A stretch of 64,000 bases of DNA from contig NIVC01000594.1 of assembly GCA_002269645.1 (NCBI GenBank), forward strand, positions 248,001 to 312,000, read 5' to 3'. This document shows positions 63,200 through 64,000 of the stretch, in pieces; positions within the stretch are counted from its first letter, which is position 1, and each line of letters begins with the position of its first letter. This DNA is from Macrostomum lignano. Its lineage: Eukaryota. The position numbers and the translations under genes were made by a program. Below the pieces are notes generated by a model that was given only the letters and a program-made list of their open reading frames with translations, was not told the DNA's origin and ran no database searches.

Positions 63200-64000
63200 C
63201 CGCAGGCCGTGGTACTGCTCAACGTACCCTCTAATGCCTAAGGTGTTCGACCGTGCTGATGGGCTGGAATACCGGGGAGTAGTCCGGTCGCAAGCGGTCC
63301 CCCCTCGTGGTGTCGGGCCAGCCTTGAGGGTTCTTTTGGCCTACTGCCCGGTCAGGTGGAGCGGCCGGGTGGGTACCGCGCCCCTTCGAAGGTAGCCCAC
63401 CAACCTTTATCATGGCCTTGGAACAACCGCCCTAGAGCGGCTATCCTCGCTGCCAGCCATCTCCAGGCTTGGCTGAGGACTGATCTCTCTGATGAAGACC
63501 TTTGTGTCATGCAATCTAATCATCTCTCTCCGCGTACGTGTCTCGTTGCCTCGATTTACATCCCAGGCGACAGAGACCCTGCTCCCGAGAGTCTACTGCG
63601 CCTTGCGCAGTACTGCGAGTCCCAGAACGCTGAGCCGTGCTTAGGGGGCGACCTCAACGCGTACCATAAGCACTGGGGCAGCAAAGACACCAATACAAGA
63701 GGGGAGGAGCTTCTGGCCCTCATCTCTAACACAAACCTCATGCTCTGCAACCGCGGTAGCACTCCTACCTTTAACAATGGCAGATGGACTGAGGTCCTCG
63801 ACGCCACACTCGTTACCCCAAGACTCTTTTACAGAGTTGAGGAGTGGAGAGTCTGGTCTGAGGAGCCCTCCCTGTCTGACCACTGCTTTATCGCCTTTAA
63901 CATCGCGGACACTACCCCAGTCCTCGATTACTTGGAGGCGTAACATCCGCAACACTGATTGGGTGGCCTATAAGGCTACCCTTGATCTGCACCTGCAGGA
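63200..64000 (+). mobile_element. Non-LTR retrotransposon AP-endonuclease region (R1/LOA-like), disrupted, continuing beyond the window
   Basis: RPRAAIL, VASIYIP, GGDLNAYHKHWGS..TNTRGEEL, NRGSTPTF, VLDATL, LSDHCFIAF, then RNIRNTDW in a shifted frame. The left boundary is approximate. Confidence 0.88.

Overview
This is eukaryotic (animal) genomic DNA: GC-rich spliced exons, GT-AG introns and very dense tandem repeats and transposons. The style suggests a free-living flatworm such as Macrostomum, but that is an inference only. Six intact genes were rebuilt by hand with phase-consistent splice sites: a TTLL10-like tubulin glycylase (4 exons, -), an M13 neprilysin-like peptidase (+), BCKDK (2 exons, -), CLIC (3 exons, -), TPPP/p25 (3 exons, -) and a CYP2-clan P450 (2 exons, +). 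Also present are the 3' part of a DEG/ENaC channel and a 9-exon, about 849-aa ankyrin-repeat plus GH20 hexosaminidase-like fusion whose catalytic motifs look lost (-). The intact neprilysin is flanked by two neprilysin pseudogenes. Mobile DNA includes a frameshifted mariner with TIRs and TA TSD, a 3.9-kb MULE-like element (214-bp TIRs, 10-bp TSD) with unexplained cargo, a 1.05-kb foldback element (295-bp TIRs, 8-bp TSD), RTE and R1/LOA-like LINE fragments, a tRNA-derived SINE-like piece and an LTR-like segment. About 20 micro/minisatellite arrays occur, many inside introns. Best leads: the ANK-GH20 pseudoenzyme, the cargo-bearing MULE, a dispersed hairpin element with stem covariation, a candidate micro-exon small ORF, a satellite that expanded inside a coding exon, and intron-specific minisatellites enriched for AGGT. 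No CRISPR, rRNA or intact tRNA was found. Family calls come from motif recognition; no database search was run.
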